From the NCBI GenBank assembly GCA_963733295.1, contig CAVTCS010000007.1:1-19235 (forward strand): 19,235 nt of DNA, given 5' to 3'. This DNA is from Vulcanimicrobiota bacterium (GTDB taxonomy: Bacteria; Vulcanimicrobiota; Vulcanimicrobiia; Vulcanimicrobiales; Vulcanimicrobiaceae). Positions 17,618 through 19,235 of the stretch are shown here, piece by piece (the first letter of the stretch is position 1; each line of letters opens with the position of its first letter). The notes beneath the pieces were generated by a model that worked only from the letters and a program-made list of their open reading frames with translations, made no database searches and was not told the origin of the DNA. Both the position numbers and the translations under genes were made by a program.

Positions 17618-18660
17618 TGAATCTTGCCGTTGAGGTTGGCGAACGCCAAGCGTGCGAGCAGATGGGGCATTCCCGCGCGAGCTTTCGACGACGTCACCAA
17701 CTCGTGCCGCGCTCTTCTCGACAGCAGCGGCGTTATCAAGAACGGCTGGTCGAGCGCACTGAACGACGCGAGAAACGCGCCCGGCGCGGATCATCGTTAG
17801 CTCTGGACACCCGAGAGAACGAAGCAGTCTTGGACGCGGTTCACCAGCATCGATTCATCGATCGCAGCGTGCCCTATATTTACGCAACGCTCTTGGACGA
17901 AGGCGTCTATCATTGCTCGCTGTCCACGATGTATCGGGTTCTTCACCGCTCCGGGGAAGTCGGCGAGCGACGCGATCAAGCCACGCGTCCTGCGCACGTG
18001 AAGCCGGAATTGTGCGCAACCGCGCCGCGCGAGGTTTTTGCCTGGGATATCACCAAATTGCATGGTCCGCAGAAGTGGACGTATTTTTACCTCTACGTCA
18101 TCGTCGACATCTATAGTCGCTACGTCGTCGGCTGGATGGTCGCCGATCGTGAGAGCTCCGCGTTGGCACGCATGTTGCTCTCCGAAACGATCAAGAAAGA
18201 ATGCGTAGATCCCAAGAAGCTCACCGTACATGCAGATCGCGGTAGCTCGATGACTTCGAGACCAGTCGCGTTCTTGCTCGCCGATCTCGGTGTAACCAAG
18301 AGCCATTCCCGCCCGCATGTTTCCGATGACAACCCGCACATCGAATCGTTCTTCAAAACTGCCAAGTACCAGCCGGAATTTCCCGCGACGTTTTCCAATA
18401 TCGCAGAGGCACGAGCGTTCTGCCGCGCGTTCGTCGAATGGTATAACACGCAACATCGCCACAGCGCGCTCGCGCTTCTCGCTCCAGCTGACGTTCACTT
18501 CGGCCGCGCCGGCGCTCTCTTGGAGCGGCGGCAAGGCATTCTCGACGCTGCCTACACCGCGCATCCTGAGCGCTTCGTACGCGGCAAACCAAAAGCCGGC
18601 CAGCTACCCGTTGCATCGTATATCAATCGACCTGCCGAAATCGTCGACCAGGTCGCTTAA
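17602..18660 (+). CDS. IS3-family transposase OrfB (DDE)
   Basis: DDE motifs as in copy 1. Confidence 0.93.
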   Translation: MEQVVVNLAVEVGERQACEQMGHSRASFRRRHQLVPRSSRQQRRYQERLVERTERREKRARRGSSLALDTRENEAVLDAVHQHRFIDRSVPYIYATLLDEGVYHCSLSTMYRVLHRSGEVGERRDQATRPAHVKPELCATAPREVFAWDITKLHGPQKWTYFYLYVIVDIYSRYVVGWMVADRESSALARMLLSETIKKECVDPKKLTVHADRGSSMTSRPVAFLLADLGVTKSHSRPHVSDDNPHIESFFKTAKYQPEFPATFSNIAEARAFCRAFVEWYNTQHRHSALALLAPADVHFGRAGALLERRQGILDAAYTAHPERFVRGKPKAGQLPVASYINRPAEIVDQVA

Positions 18661-18708
18661 CACACTAAACTCAACACTTACGTGGACTCAAGCGTACTGA
18701 AAATTTCC

Positions 18709-19235
18709 GCAGCGCCCGCGACCTCACCAGGTCTAAGGGCCGCTTTGGTCGCTGCGCGCAAGCCCCCTTCGCTAGAAGTGATCACTCGGGTCCCGGCTGT
18801 GGTTTCTGTTACGCCGATGGTCACCCCGCGTTGGGTTCTCGCGGACATGGTGTCCGCAAGGGACTGGGCGCGATCCATGGCACTTTCTTGCATCTGCCGA
18901 GCCGCAGCTTGTGCCATACCACCGGCACCCGCGATGTACTCAATTTCGGCTTCCTCTTGTTCATGCTGAAAAGTGTCAAAACCAGTGGGATCGCTATATT
19001 TAATCGGATTGTTTTCGTTCCAGACATATGGGCTCTGTGAGATCGGATCGTCAACCTTACCGCTGTATGCATCCGGTGATGTCCATTGGCTCGTGCCAGG
19101 ATTGAATGTCCGCGTCCCCTGGAAAACCAATGAAACCGCGCTGGACAAACCCAGCAGGGCGGATTGCCACGATATTCCGTCGGCGTTGACATACGCTAAG
19201 CCGGCTGGTTCGTAGTAGAGCTGCGTATAGGAGTA
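18709..19235 (-). pseudogene. Rhs-family protein, core end plus toxin tip truncated by the IS (5' part outside window)
   Basis: Frame open from the window edge; QGTRTFNPGTSQWTSPD...PYVWNENNPIKYSDPTG is the Rhs-associated core motif; it runs into the IS after GEVAGAA. Confidence 0.8.

Larger units (their letters stand above)
17146..18708 (+). mobile_element. IS3-family insertion sequence, copy 2
   Basis: Inverted, near-identical copy of 9101-10663 (two substitutions noticed: K/R and L/F in OrfB); no matching flanking duplication. Confidence 0.92.
15589..19235. mobile_element. Casposon-type unit C (right end outside window) carrying Rhs toxin/immunity cargo
   Basis: Begins with a third direct copy of the terminal repeat, right after the 14-bp spacer. 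Confidence 0.65.

Overview
GC-rich bacterial accessory region that reads as a tandem array of casposon-type units. Unit A (~1-13905) is an autonomous casposon. It has a solo Cas1 (casposase, with no cas2 or CRISPR array), a family B DNA polymerase in three frameshifted ORFs, an HNH protein, HTH proteins and cargo (a frameshifted phospholipase A2-like gene, an IS-interrupted nuclease-like gene, secreted and membrane proteins). It is followed by unit B (13920-15574, three small membrane proteins) and unit C (15589 to beyond the window, Rhs toxin tips plus an immunity gene). Each unit starts with the same GGGATACTACATAAGGGC... terminal repeat. Adjacent units are joined as ...TATCCC-[14 bp]-GGGATA..., and the two 14-bp spacers are 11/14 identical, as expected for casposase target-site duplications. 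My main hypothesis is a Cas1-built array of gene cassettes: one autonomous casposon plus non-autonomous mini-casposons carrying toxin/immunity cargo. Two near-identical IS3-family elements in opposite orientation are also present. Several frameshifts in the first 5.4 kb fall in short homopolymers and may be assembly errors. All protein-family calls come from motif recognition by eye; no searches were run.
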